A stretch of 64,000 bases of DNA from Roseithermus sacchariphilus (GTDB lineage Bacteria; Bacteroidota; Rhodothermia; Rhodothermales; MEBIC09517): contig CP030158.1 in NCBI GenBank assembly GCA_003285105.1, positions 851,447-915,446 on the forward strand, given 5' to 3'. The notes below the pieces were generated by a model. That model was not told the origin of the DNA. It did no database searches and saw nothing but the letters and a program-made list of their open reading frames with translations. This document shows positions 55,901 to 64,000 of the stretch, in pieces; the stretch's first letter is position 1; each line of letters starts with the position of its first letter. A program made the position numbers and the translations under genes.

Positions 55901-58900
55901 GAGGTTGCCCGGAGCCCCGGGGTCGGCGGACAGGGTCGTCAGCGCCTTCAGGGTCGTCAGCACGACGTTCGACGTGATACGCAGCGCCCCGCCCACGGCG
56001 ATCAGCGACTCCAGGCCGGACAGCGCCGTGAGCTTGGCGTTTTCGGCGATGTGCACGAGCCCCGTCACGGCGAGCAGCCGATCCAGGCCCTCCAGGGTGG
56101 CGAGCGAGGCGTTCTTCTCGATGATCAGGTCGCCGCCGACGGAGACGAGGCCGTCCAGCCCCGCCAGACGCTCCAGGGAGAGGGCACCGGTGATGACCAG
56201 ATCGCCGCCCACATGCGTCAGCGTCTCCAGGCCACCCAGACTCGTGACGCCGGCGCCCTCGATGCGAAGCGTGCCGGTGATCTCGCGGTAGCCGTTGGCC
56301 GCAAAGGCGTCGAGCGCCGCCTGGTCGGTGAACGTGACGTCGCCGTCGAACACGTCGTCCTCGCTGGCGGGGTCCTCGGCCGCCAGGATGCTCTTGTAGT
56401 CACACCCCACGCCGTTGCCGCTGACGCGCAGGGGGCCGGGGCGACGGGGATTGGTGAGATACGGCTTCAGCAGGCCGCAGTCCGTCAGGCTGGGGTTATC
56501 CTCCAGGACGAGGTGGTCGTCCAGCGCAATCGACGTGGCGGTAAACGGGTCGGGGTGCACGCCGATGTTGCCCGGGGCCGCGTCGTCCGTCGCCAGGGCG
56601 GCCAGCGGCGCCAGGCTCGTCAGCGCGTCGTTGCCGGCGATACGCAGCGCCCCGCCGATCGACGTGATCCCGTCGAGGCCGTCCAGGCTCGTCAGCAGGG
56701 GGTTGTCGGCCACCTCCAGGCTGCCCTCCACCGACGTGATCCAGTTGAGTCCGCGGAGGCTCTGGAGAGCCGGGTTGCGGGCGATCACCATGTACCAGCC
56801 CAGCGTCGTTCCCGTCGCCGTCGCCGAAGACCCTCCCTTGCCGGCGCGCCCTGCCCTGTCGCGACCCACAGCGACGCCGTGCATCCAGTCGGTGACGACC
56901 TGCACGTCCGGAGACCTCAACGCGCTGCTGACGCGCGGCGTGAAGGGTTCGAACGAGAGCGGGGTGCCGTCGTTGTCCAGGATGACGACGTAGGCATTCG
57001 TATCGGCGACGGCGACCACGGACCCCAGGCTTTCCAGCGTCTCCAGCGGACCATTCGACACGATCGTGATGCCGAAGCCCACGTCGGTGACGCCTTCAAG
57101 GCCGCGCAGGCTCGTCAGCGCCGGGTTGTAGGCGATGCCGAGGCCGCCGAGCGTCGTGACGCCGGCCAGCGCCTCGATGTTCTGGAGCGTCTCGTTGGCA
57201 TAGAGGACGAGGCCGCCGTCCGCCCGGGTGAGCGCCTCCAGGCCCGTCAGCGTTTCACAGGCACCGTTGCCGAAAACCACGACGCCGCCCCCCACCGTGG
57301 CCACCCACTCCAGGCCGCGGAAATCCGTCAGCGCCGGATTGCCGGTGATGTTGACATCGCCCTGCACGTCGTACGTCGTCGTGCCGGAGGTGCCCGGCAC
57401 CACCCGCAACGGCGTCGGCACCAGGCGCGGCGTCACGTCGCTCAGGAACCCGGGGCCTGCCTCCCTGAGGCGGTCGGCGCGGCCGCGGTGGCCCTCGGTG
57501 GCGAAGGGGGGCAGGGCGCCCACCCCGGGGTGTGCCGCCGGGCCGGCCGCCTGCTCCAGCGGCGTCCCATCATCGTTGAAGCGCACGACGCCGTCGTTCA
57601 ACTGGACCAGCAAGGACGCGCCTACGGCATCGAGGGTGAGAAGGCTGGAGAGGGTCGCGATCGGGCCGTTGAAGACGATGTACAGGTAGTCCTCCACCGA
57701 CGTGAGCGACGCCAGCCCCGCGAGGTCCGTCAGCGCCGGGTTGGCATAGATCAGCAGGCTATGGTCGTCCTCCGTCGGCGCCTCGACGTTCCCGACCACC
57801 TTCAGGGATTCGAGGCCGTCCAGACGGGTCAGCGCATGGTTGATGCCCACGTAGACCGTCCCGCCCACCGCGCTGAGCGCCCCCAGCCCCTCCAGGCTCT
57901 GAAGCTTCTCGTTGTAGAGCACGTAGACGAGGCCTCCCACAGAGGTGAGCCCATCCAGCCCCGCCAGACTGGTCAGGGAGGTATTGTCCAGGATGAGCAG
58001 GTCGCTTTCGAGGGACGGGATGTGCTCCAGGCCGGCCAGACTCGTGAGGCGGGGGTTCCCCTGGAGCGCAAGGCCCCCGAGGCTGGTCAGGGACGGCAAG
58101 GCACCCAGACGCTCCAGCGCTTCATTGAACCCCAGGATAAGTTGCCCGCCGACGCTCGTGAGGGCATCCAGGCCGTCCAGGCTGGTGAGCCGGTCGGCCT
58201 CCGAGATGGTCAGCGACGCACCGACCGTGACGAGCGATGGCAAGGCGGACAGATCCACGAGGTCATTCTCCACGAGCGTCAGGTTTCCGCCGACCCGTTG
58301 CAGGGACTCCAGCCCGGCCAGCGTCGTGAGCGCCGGATGGTACGCCATGCGCAGATCACCGGCGACCGTCTTGAGGCTACGCAGGGCTTCCAGGCTCTGG
58401 AGCGACGGGTTGCTCTCGATGAGGACACCGCCGACGGTGGACAGCGGGCCCAGACCGGCCAGGCTCACCAGCTGGTCGTTGGTCTGAACGGTCAGCTCAC
58501 CGCCGATCCACGCCATGGAGGCCAGCCCGGTCAGGTCTGTGAGGAGGTCGTTGCCCACCACCTCCAGGTTGCCTTCGACCGACGCGATCTGGTCCAGCCC
58601 CGTCAGGCTCGCCAGCTGGCCGTTGTTCCGGACGATCAGGTTGCCCCCCACGCTCGCGACCGACGCCAGCCCCGACAGGTCCGTGATGTCGGGTCCACTG
58701 ATGAAGAGGTCGCCCGTGATTTCCGTGGTCCCCTGCGCAGCAAACGCCGTGACATCGGCCTGGCTGAACAGGTCGACGTTGCCCGCCAGCGCCTCGTTCA
58801 GGATGCCGGCTTCGTCACACCCCTCGGCATTGCCGCTGATCTCGATGGGTCCGGGTGGTGCGGCGTTGCTGACATACGGCTCCAGCACGCCACAGCGCGC

Positions 58901-59944
58901 CAGTAGGGGGTTGTTCTTGAGAATGATATGTTCACCCGCCGTCACGGTCGACGCACTGCACACGGTGTCCATCATCACCCCGATGTTGCCCGGCGCACTG
59001 GCGGCATCCGCCAGACCGGCAAGGCCAAGAATACTGGTCAGCGCGGCGTTGTCCTGGATGCACAGCCCCCCGCCGATGGACGTGAGCGACGCCAAGCCGG
59101 TGAGGCTGACCAGGTCCTCGTTCAGACGGATCGTCACATTACCGCCTACCGCGGCGAGGCCTGACAGCGCGGACAGGCTCGTCAGCCCCCGGTTGTCGGA
59201 AACCAGAATGTGGCCGGCCACCGACAGCAGGCTGCCGGCAGCCACGACCTCGGCCCCGCGCGGCTCGCTTGCCTGTAACGCCCCGCTACTCCTTTTGCCG
59301 ACCTCGGACAGGTCGCCGTTGTCGTTGATGACGACAGCGCCCCCCACATAGGACAGCCCCTCCAGACCGCTCAGGCTGGTGAGTCTGTCGTTCGTGCTGA
59401 CGCGAAGGCTCTGTCCAATGGAGATCAGGGATTCCAGGCCCTCCAGGCTTTCGAGGCGGTGGTTCAGCAGGATATCGAAGAAGCCATCGACCACAAACAG
59501 GGACGCCAGGCCCTCCAGGCTGGTCAGGGCGGTGTTGGCATTGACCAGCAGGTTGCCGCGCACGATGCTGAGCCGCTCCAGGCCATCGAGCGACGTCAAG
59601 CTTTCATTCTCAGAGATAGACAGGCGGCCGTCGACCGTTGCGAGGGACCCCAGGCCGTCGAGGTTCTGCAACGCGTCGTTTCCCGTGATGATGAGCTCGC
59701 CCACCTCGGTCAGCGAGCGTAGGCCCGACAGGTCCGTGATGTCGGCCCCGGAGATCGTCAGGGTACCCACGAGTTCGGTGCAGCCGTCCGCAGCGAAGGC
59801 CGCAACCTCGGCCTGGCTGCTGAGCGTTTCGCTGCCGAGGCAGACCCTCTGCGCCTGGACCGGGGTGGCCTGAAGCAGGCTATACACGACCAGCGCGGCG
59901 ATCAAATGACGGGCGGCGGACCCTGAGACCTTGAAGCGAGGCAT
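52973..59944 (-). CDS. Giant (about 2,320 aa) secreted T9SS cargo protein. It has roughly 60 tandem LRR-like/receptor-L-domain-like repeats of about 23 aa, an FG-GAP beta-propeller region and a T9SS C-terminal domain.
   Basis: Signal peptide MPRFKVSGSAARHLIAALVVYSLLQATPVQAQ. Repeats LTSLxGLxxLxxVGGxLxIxxNxxL. FG-GAP blocks FGxSVAVxGNVLxVGAxxDDxxGxDAGAxYVFEKP. C-terminus SYPNPFNPRATIRYGL...GVYLYRVQL... Confidence 0.8.
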   Translation of the reverse strand: MPRFKVSGSAARHLIAALVVYSLLQATPVQAQRVCLGSETLSSQAEVAAFAADGCTELVGTLTISGADITDLSGLRSLTEVGELIITGNDALQNLDGLGSLATVDGRLSISENESLTSLDGLERLSIVRGNLLVNANTALTSLEGLASLFVVDGFFDILLNHRLESLEGLESLISIGQSLRVSTNDRLTSLSGLEGLSYVGGAVVINDNGDLSEVGKRSSGALQASEPRGAEVVAAGSLLSVAGHILVSDNRGLTSLSALSGLAAVGGNVTIRLNEDLVSLTGLASLTSIGGGLCIQDNAALTSILGLAGLADAASAPGNIGVMMDTVCSASTVTAGEHIILKNNPLLARCGVLEPYVSNAAPPGPIEISGNAEGCDEAGILNEALAGNVDLFSQADVTAFAAQGTTEITGDLFISGPDITDLSGLASVASVGGNLIVRNNGQLASLTGLDQIASVEGNLEVVGNDLLTDLTGLASMAWIGGELTVQTNDQLVSLAGLGPLSTVGGVLIESNPSLQSLEALRSLKTVAGDLRMAYHPALTTLAGLESLQRVGGNLTLVENDLVDLSALPSLVTVGASLTISEADRLTSLDGLDALTSVGGQLILGFNEALERLGALPSLTSLGGLALQGNPRLTSLAGLEHIPSLESDLLILDNTSLTSLAGLDGLTSVGGLVYVLYNEKLQSLEGLGALSAVGGTVYVGINHALTRLDGLESLKVVGNVEAPTEDDHSLLIYANPALTDLAGLASLTSVEDYLYIVFNGPIATLSSLLTLDAVGASLLVQLNDGVVRFNDDGTPLEQAAGPAAHPGVGALPPFATEGHRGRADRLREAGPGFLSDVTPRLVPTPLRVVPGTSGTTTYDVQGDVNITGNPALTDFRGLEWVATVGGGVVVFGNGACETLTGLEALTRADGGLVLYANETLQNIEALAGVTTLGGLGIAYNPALTSLRGLEGVTDVGFGITIVSNGPLETLESLGSVVAVADTNAYVVILDNDGTPLSFEPFTPRVSSALRSPDVQVVTDWMHGVAVGRDRAGRAGKGGSSATATGTTLGWYMVIARNPALQSLRGLNWITSVEGSLEVADNPLLTSLDGLDGITSIGGALRIAGNDALTSLAPLAALATDDAAPGNIGVHPDPFTATSIALDDHLVLEDNPSLTDCGLLKPYLTNPRRPGPLRVSGNGVGCDYKSILAAEDPASEDDVFDGDVTFTDQAALDAFAANGYREITGTLRIEGAGVTSLGGLETLTHVGGDLVITGALSLERLAGLDGLVSVGGDLIIEKNASLATLEGLDRLLAVTGLVHIAENAKLTALSGLESLIAVGGALRITSNVVLTTLKALTTLSADPGAPGNLGATAGDHLIVTTNPALMDCEVLRPYLANATPPGVIVLTGNGVGCDAEAITNPPDEKDDMTLTDQAGLDDFAASGADQVLGSLRIEGPAVTDLSGLGALLSVAGDVRIEGTAVEDLTGLEGLATIGGDLVIEGNSNLASLAALSRLTAVGGSIRIIDNRPGGSAARARGTASVLRAVPATAMMDEAAGFEDSTSAGGNLVVAGNATLGTLVGLGGLTSVGGFVRITRNPALTSLEGLENITRIGGGLLIAQNPVLASPAGLAGVLTAPEAPENLGATAGRHLVVQDNPRLTGCRIFRPFVRNPEPPGTVAIRRNGAGCEAPALADGKDDEVDVPDPSDLPLPGGDEPLQLLAADRNVTDRFGTSVALANRVAVIGAPGDDDNVPGSGSVYVYEKPARGTWAAATRTAKLYAATPSISEGFGSVVAATDDVIVVGARVFVVGGRFVTGGLVHVFERQADGTWAEATQLRASDWEEGDVYGEVVAVSGNVIAVGARLDDDPATDAGAVYVYEKPEGGTWAKATETKLTAPDGVSDQYFGVAVAVSGNVLAVGASQDSERGARAGAAYVFEKPEGGTWAEASVTKLTAPAPAPRTFFGGAVSVSGNVLVVGADREDDLNAGLDAGAAYVFERPAAGLWSKATVTRLGASARGAGDLFGTSVAVAGSVVVVGASRRDAGGTDAGAAYLYARRGGVWPATETMQLSPRTPAAFALFGTTVAVSDEAALVGSPNSNDPDGLAITGTAYLYTRPRADAAPATCPLPSIVRQQLEPEATPRPYLDLDVDAGRGATLTSVHFVEAGTTTRRLDGLTAATTGTALEASTGDYIWETTATPRRWAGFRLTSDGAAAFAYEVVITNSCGRQAVAEASGDFGVGTGTEGPSGAGVELPAALTLVGSYPNPFNPRATIRYGLPEAGSVRLAVYDLLGREVTVLVDGMQVAGWYNVVFEAGTLPTGVYLYRVQLRTGGRQEVRTGQAVLLR

Positions 59945-60121
59945 ACGACGTACCGATGGGTAGCGAAAAATAGGGCTGTTCACTATGTATAGCGTTTTTT
60001 CGAGCGCCGAATGGTCACCCGTTCGGGAACCTGGAAAACGACCCCGGTGCATCGCTATAACCTGGCTCGACCCGGGCCTTATGCGGCATAGGCCAAAGTA
60101 GAGCTCAGCTCATGAAGGCTG

Positions 60122-60220
60122 ATGCTGCAGTACCTGATCGACACGAACCTGCTCGTCTACTGCTTCCACGTTGCCGAGGCATCCAGGCAACAGCGTGCGC
60201 GCGGGTGTGCTCGCTCGTGA
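60122..60220 (+). pseudogene. PIN-domain (VapC-like) toxin N-terminal fragment.
   Basis: MLQYLIDTNLLVYCFHVAEASRQQRARGCARS followed by a stop. The LIDTNLLVY box is the conserved PIN N-terminal strand and aspartate. Confidence 0.4.
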
Positions 60221-60371
60221 AGGAGGTGGACCCCGATCACTGGACAGCAACGGCGGTAAAACAAGACCGCTTTTCCCCCGCGCCCTGCGCTCGTCTCCCC
60301 ATCGAACTTCCCGGCGAACCGAAGGTCGAAAGGCAGAGCCCGCCATTCCGCTGCACCCTCTGCCCCCTCCC

Positions 60372-60959
60372 ATGCCCTCCGACGCCGACTGGCAGGACTG
60401 GACGCTCACGATGGATGAGTTGCTCGCCGTGGCGTGGTCGTGGCTGCTGCTGACGGCCGCCGTGACGCTGTTGCCGCACGCGCTGCTCTGGGGCGTGCCG
60501 TGGCCGGCGAGCGGGGCCACCGTGTGGGAGAGCCTGGGGCGGTGGCTGTGGGACCTGTTTCTGCTGGGCCTGGTCTACGTCGCCAGCATTCCGCTGCACG
60601 AGGGCTTGCATGCCCTGGCCATGCGCCTGGCCGGCGGCGTCCCCTGGCGGTCCATCTCCTTCGGCGCCCGCTGGCACGAGGGTGCCGTCTACGTCCACAC
60701 CGACGCGCCGATGACGGTCCGGGCCTACCGCATCGTCCTGGCCACGCCGGCCCTGGTGCTGGGGCTGCTGCCCGCGGCGGCCGGGCTGGCCACGGGCAGC
60801 GGATGGCTCACCGTCTACGGCTGGATCATGCTCGCCTCTGCCCTCGGCGATGTGGCCATGCTCCGGCACCTCCGCCCCCTCCCGCCCGACGCGCTCGTCC
60901 GCGACCACCCCGAAGCCGTTGGCTGCCAGGTAAAGCGAAGCCCCGGCCGTGCCGGATAA
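60372..60959 (+). CDS. DUF3267-type putative membrane zincin (HExxH) protein.
   Basis: Transmembrane helices and the motif IPLHEGLHALAMRLAGG. Start taken at the internal Met of ORF 60171..60959. Confidence 0.55.
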   Translation: MPSDADWQDWTLTMDELLAVAWSWLLLTAAVTLLPHALLWGVPWPASGATVWESLGRWLWDLFLLGLVYVASIPLHEGLHALAMRLAGGVPWRSISFGARWHEGAVYVHTDAPMTVRAYRIVLATPALVLGLLPAAAGLATGSGWLTVYGWIMLASALGDVAMLRHLRPLPPDALVRDHPEAVGCQVKRSPGRAG

Positions 60960-61105
60960 CAGGCACGACGAAGAACGCGGCCATCCGACAGCCGCGACGG
61001 GAAAACAGAGCCTCCAGCCCCTTGCATCATGGCAGGATGTTGCCATTCAGGGCAAAAGGGCGCAACGCGGCTTCGTTCAACCGTTATGCACCGCAACGTA
61101 GACCC

Positions 61106-61305
61106 ATGCGTTCAACGCCTTCGTATGACGCCTCGCTGGTGGAGCGGCTGTACGAGGCCGTGGTCGTCCCGGGAGAGTATCCGCGGCTCGGAAGGAGGGT
61201 GCCGGAGATTGAAACGACCTGGTACGGGAACGGATCGTGGCGCGTTACCGGGCCGTCTACCAACTGATGCGAGACCGGATAGAAGAGGATCCAGAGTTGC
61301 CCTGA
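61106..61305 (+). pseudogene. Possible ParE/RelE-like toxin remnant carrying a frameshift.
   Basis: Frame A reads MRSTPSYDASLVERLYEAVVVPGEYPRLGRRVPEIETTWYGNG. An adjacent frame reads ...VRERIVARYRAVYQLMRDRIEEDPELP*, which resembles the ParE/RelE core YRxxYRV.D..IxIL. The resemblance is weak. Confidence 0.25.
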
Positions 61306-61485
61306 TCCCCGCCGTTTGCCCGCCGCCGCAGGGCTTCACGGTCTGGCCTCGTCCGCCCCTCGCCGCTGCTCTGAACGCGTTGTACCGGCTTGGCGCGTTT
61401 CGCGGCGGGTCGCTCCCGTTCAACCGCCGAACGGCCGTGGTGGCCGGCCCGTCTCCGTCGTAGACCACCGCACGGTCCTCGGCCG

Positions 61486-62550
61486 TCAGCCATCGCCCCG
61501 GGCTCGTCCCCCGAACCCGCGGGCGAGCACCTGCTCGGCGGGCTTGCCCTGCGGCGTGAAGTCGAGCGGCACCCGGCTCGTGGGGCGGTCGGAGACGCCG
61601 GGGTACCATTTCCACACGATGACGCCGGCCAGCCAGGGTTCGGGCCAGATGGCCTCGAAGAAGGCCTGGTAGAGCCGCGCCTGGAGGGCATAGTCCGGCT
61701 CGACGCTGCCCACTTCGTCGCGGGAGAGCCAGCGCCACGGCTCAGCAGCGGCATAGGATACGCTGCGGTAGCCCATCTCCGTAAAGAGGATCGGTTTGCC
61801 CGTCTGCCGGTGGATCGTTGCCAGGGCCTTGCGGTGCGGCTGCCAGCCGTCGTGGAGGGTCTGCCGCGTCGGCTCGGGTTCGGCGGAGAGGGGGAAGTAG
61901 GCCTGCACGCCGACGTAGTCCAGCGCGTCCCAGAAGCGGATGTGCTCGTATTCGTCGTACCAGTTGGCCGCATAGGTGAGGGGGCCGGGGTAGACCTGCC
62001 GGACCTCGGCGATGAGGCGGCGCCAGAAGGCCTCGCGCTGCCGGGCGGCCTGCGCCAGTTCGGTGCCGACGACCAGCAGGGCGGCGTCGATCTCGGCGGC
62101 GAGGCGGGCATAATGCAGGATGAACGCCCGGTAATCCGCCTCCCAGGCCTGCCAGGCGGCTTCGTCGGGGAAGGCGATCTCGCCCCGCCAGGCGCCGCGC
62201 CCGACCCAGAGATGGGGCTTGAGGATGACGCCCATCCCGAGGGCGTGCGCCTCGGCCGTGAGGGCGCGGATGCCGGCGTCACTCTCGCTGTACCAGCGGG
62301 CGTCCGGGCGATGACGGATCTCCGGCACGTCGAGCCCCGGCTGGAAGCCGAAGGCGACGAACGTCAGGTGCGTCACCCCGAGCGCCTTCAACCGCGGCAA
62401 GACCTCCGGCCCCGGCGCCTCGCGGGCGTCCAGCGTGATCGCCCGGATGCGGTCCGGCGGAACGGCGGGCGGCTCCTGCACCGTCCAGACGGCGACGAGG
62501 ACGCCCGCCGAGAGCCCGAGCAACATGAGAACGCGAAGCAAGAGGATCAT
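61486..62550 (-). CDS. Secreted TIM-barrel glycoside hydrolase (clan GH-A-like; GH5/GH113-type).
   Basis: Signal or transmembrane segment MILLLRVLMLLGLSAGVLVAVW. Motifs ...LLVVGTELAQA... and ...ILFTEMGY... are consistent with acid/base and nucleophile glutamates. Aromatic-rich. Confidence 0.55.
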   Translation of the reverse strand: MILLLRVLMLLGLSAGVLVAVWTVQEPPAVPPDRIRAITLDAREAPGPEVLPRLKALGVTHLTFVAFGFQPGLDVPEIRHRPDARWYSESDAGIRALTAEAHALGMGVILKPHLWVGRGAWRGEIAFPDEAAWQAWEADYRAFILHYARLAAEIDAALLVVGTELAQAARQREAFWRRLIAEVRQVYPGPLTYAANWYDEYEHIRFWDALDYVGVQAYFPLSAEPEPTRQTLHDGWQPHRKALATIHRQTGKPILFTEMGYRSVSYAAAEPWRWLSRDEVGSVEPDYALQARLYQAFFEAIWPEPWLAGVIVWKWYPGVSDRPTSRVPLDFTPQGKPAEQVLARGFGGRARGDG

Positions 62551-62790
62551 GGTCAGCGGTCAGCTTTCAGCTTTCAGCGGTCAGTAGTTTTCGGCCGTGG
62601 GCGGTGGGCCGTGGGCGGTGGGCCGTGGGCGGTGGGCCGTGGGCGGTGGGCCGTGGGCGGTGGGCCGTGGGCGGTGGGCCGTGGGCGGTGGGCCGTGGGC
62701 GGTGGGCCGTGGGCGGTGGGCCGTGGGCGGTGGGCCGTGGGCGGTGGGATACGGGCTGATAGCTGACGGCTGACGGCTGAAAGCTAACCC
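62551..62790. repeat. Composite tandem-repeat locus. A left-hand GGTCAGC/TTTCAGC heptamer run is followed by about 11.5 copies of the 14-mer GGCCGTGGGCGGTG, then a right-hand GCTGACG heptamer run. The two heptamer runs are inverted relative to each other.
   Basis: Seen directly. The array fills the entire intergenic space between the yicC stop and the hydrolase start. Confidence 0.9.
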
Positions 62791-63665
62791 TATTCGACGT
62801 TCTGGACCTGCTCGCGGATCTTCTCCAGTTCCTCCTTCATCCGCACCGCCGCGTGGGCCACCGCGGCGTCGTTGGCCTTCGAGCCGATGGTGTTGACCTC
62901 GCGGTTGATCTCCTGGGCGATGAAGTTCAGCTTCCGCCCGACGGCCTCGTCGCTGTGCAGGGCTTCGGCGAACAACTGCAGGTGCGAGCGCAGCCGGACG
63001 CATTCCTCCGTCACGTCCAGCCGATCGGCCAGCAGGGCGATCTCCTGCTCCAGACGGTCGGGGTCGAGGCGGTCGTCGCCGAGGAGCTCGGCCAGGCGGT
63101 CGTGCAGCTTCTGCCGCGCCTCACGGACGCGCTCCGGCGCCCGGGCCTCGACGCGCGCCAGCTCCTCCGCCAGACGGTCGATGCGCTGCTGGAGGTCGGC
63201 CTGCAACGCAGCGCCTTCCTGACGCCGCATGGCCCGCATCCCGGCCACGGCCTCGGCCAGGGCCTGCTCCACGGCCGCCCACACGGCCTCGTCCGCCTCC
63301 TCCTCGACGGGCACCAGCAGCTCCGACGAAAAGGTCAACAGATGCTCCAGCCGAACCGGGTCGCTGACGCCGGCGGCGCGGCGCAGCGTTTCCAGCAGCG
63401 CGGCATAGCCACGGGCCGCCGCCTCGTCTACCCGGACGGGAGCCTGCGGGCCGGTCCGTTCCAGCTGGATCTGCACGCTGATGCGGCCGCGCTCGAACGC
63501 CTGTTTGACGAGCGCCTGCACGTCGTTCTCTCGCGCGGCCAGCGCCCGCGGCAGACGCACCGACACTTCGCAGAAGCGGTTGTTGACCGACCGCATCTCC
63601 ACCGTAGCCATCACATCATCGACCCGGGCCCGTCCGCGCCCGAAACCGGTCATACTGGCGATCAT
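62790..63665 (-). CDS. yicC: YicC/YloC-family protein (DUF1732).
   Basis: MIASMTGFGRGRARVDDVMATVEMRSVNNRF...KLNFIAQEINREVNTIGSKAND...MKEELEKIREQVQNVE. Confidence 0.85.
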   Translation of the reverse strand: MIASMTGFGRGRARVDDVMATVEMRSVNNRFCEVSVRLPRALAARENDVQALVKQAFERGRISVQIQLERTGPQAPVRVDEAAARGYAALLETLRRAAGVSDPVRLEHLLTFSSELLVPVEEEADEAVWAAVEQALAEAVAGMRAMRRQEGAALQADLQQRIDRLAEELARVEARAPERVREARQKLHDRLAELLGDDRLDPDRLEQEIALLADRLDVTEECVRLRSHLQLFAEALHSDEAVGRKLNFIAQEINREVNTIGSKANDAAVAHAAVRMKEELEKIREQVQNVE

Positions 63666-63862
63666 GGCGTCACCTCCAGCCGGAAAAGAGTTCAGGGGAT
63701 GAGCACACCCGCAGGCCGGGGGGAGGGCGTGAAGATCGGACGGGCAACCGCGTCATGGACCCGTCCTTCCCCGTGCGCACGCCGGCCTGTCACGGCGTAC
63801 GGCCATCCGCCCACCCGGATTCGGGTACGAAAAAGCCGGGCTGCGCGTGCAACCCGGCCGGG

Positions 63863-63951
63863 CGGAGAGGGAGGGATTCGAACCCTCGGTACCCCGTGAA
63901 GGGTACACTCGCTTTCCAGGCGAGCCCGTTCGGCCACTCCGGCACCTCTCC
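63863..63951 (-). tRNA. tRNA-Ser(GGA).
   Basis: The reverse complement GGAGAGGTGCCGGAGTGGCCGAACGGGCTCGCCTGGAAAGCGAGTGTACCCTTCACGGGGTACCGAGGGTTCGAATCCCTCCCTCTCCG has a 7-bp acceptor stem, an anticodon loop CUGGAAA (anticodon GGA), a long variable arm and a GGTTCGAATCC T-arm. CCA is not encoded. Confidence 0.85.
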
Positions 63952-64000
63952 GTTCGAGGAACGCCGTACGAAGGAAACCGGCCACAGGATCCGCCGGCCC

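Noticed and set aside
60237-61267. Large overlapping ORFs 60237..61046 (-), 60434..61267 (+), 61029..61463 (+), 61112..61738 (-)
   Set aside because: They are mutually overlapping with Ala/Arg/Gly/Pro-rich translations and no domains. Only short toxin-like fragments in this stretch were retained, as low-confidence pseudogenes.
63692-63985. ORF 63692..63985 (-)
   Set aside because: It overlaps the tRNA-Ser gene and translates the tRNA sequence itself, so it is not coding.

Overview
This is a 64-kb chromosomal segment of a very high-GC (about 68-70%) bacterium. Several proteins end in type IX secretion (T9SS) C-terminal sorting domains (NYPNPFNPST...) and a PorV-like barrel is present, which points to Bacteroidota, Rhodothermia-like. 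Coding density is high on both strands, and the high GC produces many long antisense and shadow ORFs that I rejected. Coordinates of internal starts were derived from the ORF track by codon arithmetic and carry about 1-3 nt uncertainty.

Main content, in order:
1. A partial atypical Hsp70-family gene and a secreted PG-binding/chitosanase-like hydrolase.
2. A complete assimilatory nitrate/nitrite cluster: narK, nirA, a split CysJ-like flavodoxin, a split CysJ-like FAD/NADPH reductase, and a nitrate reductase fused to a NirB-like reductase with a BFD domain. The nitrate reductase gene carries an apparent frameshift at a C6 homopolymer (9518-9523).
3. A low-GC islet holding a small orphan gene, and a convergent triple-GAF protein.
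4. Housekeeping and enzyme genes: purple-acid-phosphatase-like, SASA-type esterase, trpF, pfk, sulfatase.
5. A possible mobile remnant: a Rad52-family annealing protein, a large hypothetical protein and a lipoprotein, bordered by a 15-bp x7 tandem repeat.
6. A YihY gene followed by a striking composite tandem-repeat locus. It has a 14-mer array, a GTCAGCS heptamer array (~19 copies) and a second 14-mer array (~19 copies). The same heptamer family recurs at 42.1 kb and at 62.55-62.79 kb.
7. The ammonium uptake unit (porin, amtB, glnK), then ybaK, NfeD-flotillin, and a TonB-dependent receptor.
8. A run of T9SS cargo proteins. These are the GHL10-like hydrolase, the CHRD x6 protein and a 2,323-aa LRR-like/FG-GAP giant. 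A PorV-like barrel sits in the same run.
9. A VIT-vWA protein, and a Rieske / b-type-membrane-protein / YceI operon immediately upstream of the CHRD gene.
10. An IS256 transposase fragment next to a DUF433/DUF5615 toxin-antitoxin pair.
11. PIN and ParE-like gene remnants, a TIM-barrel hydrolase, yicC and tRNA-Ser(GGA).

No CRISPR arrays or rRNA genes are present.
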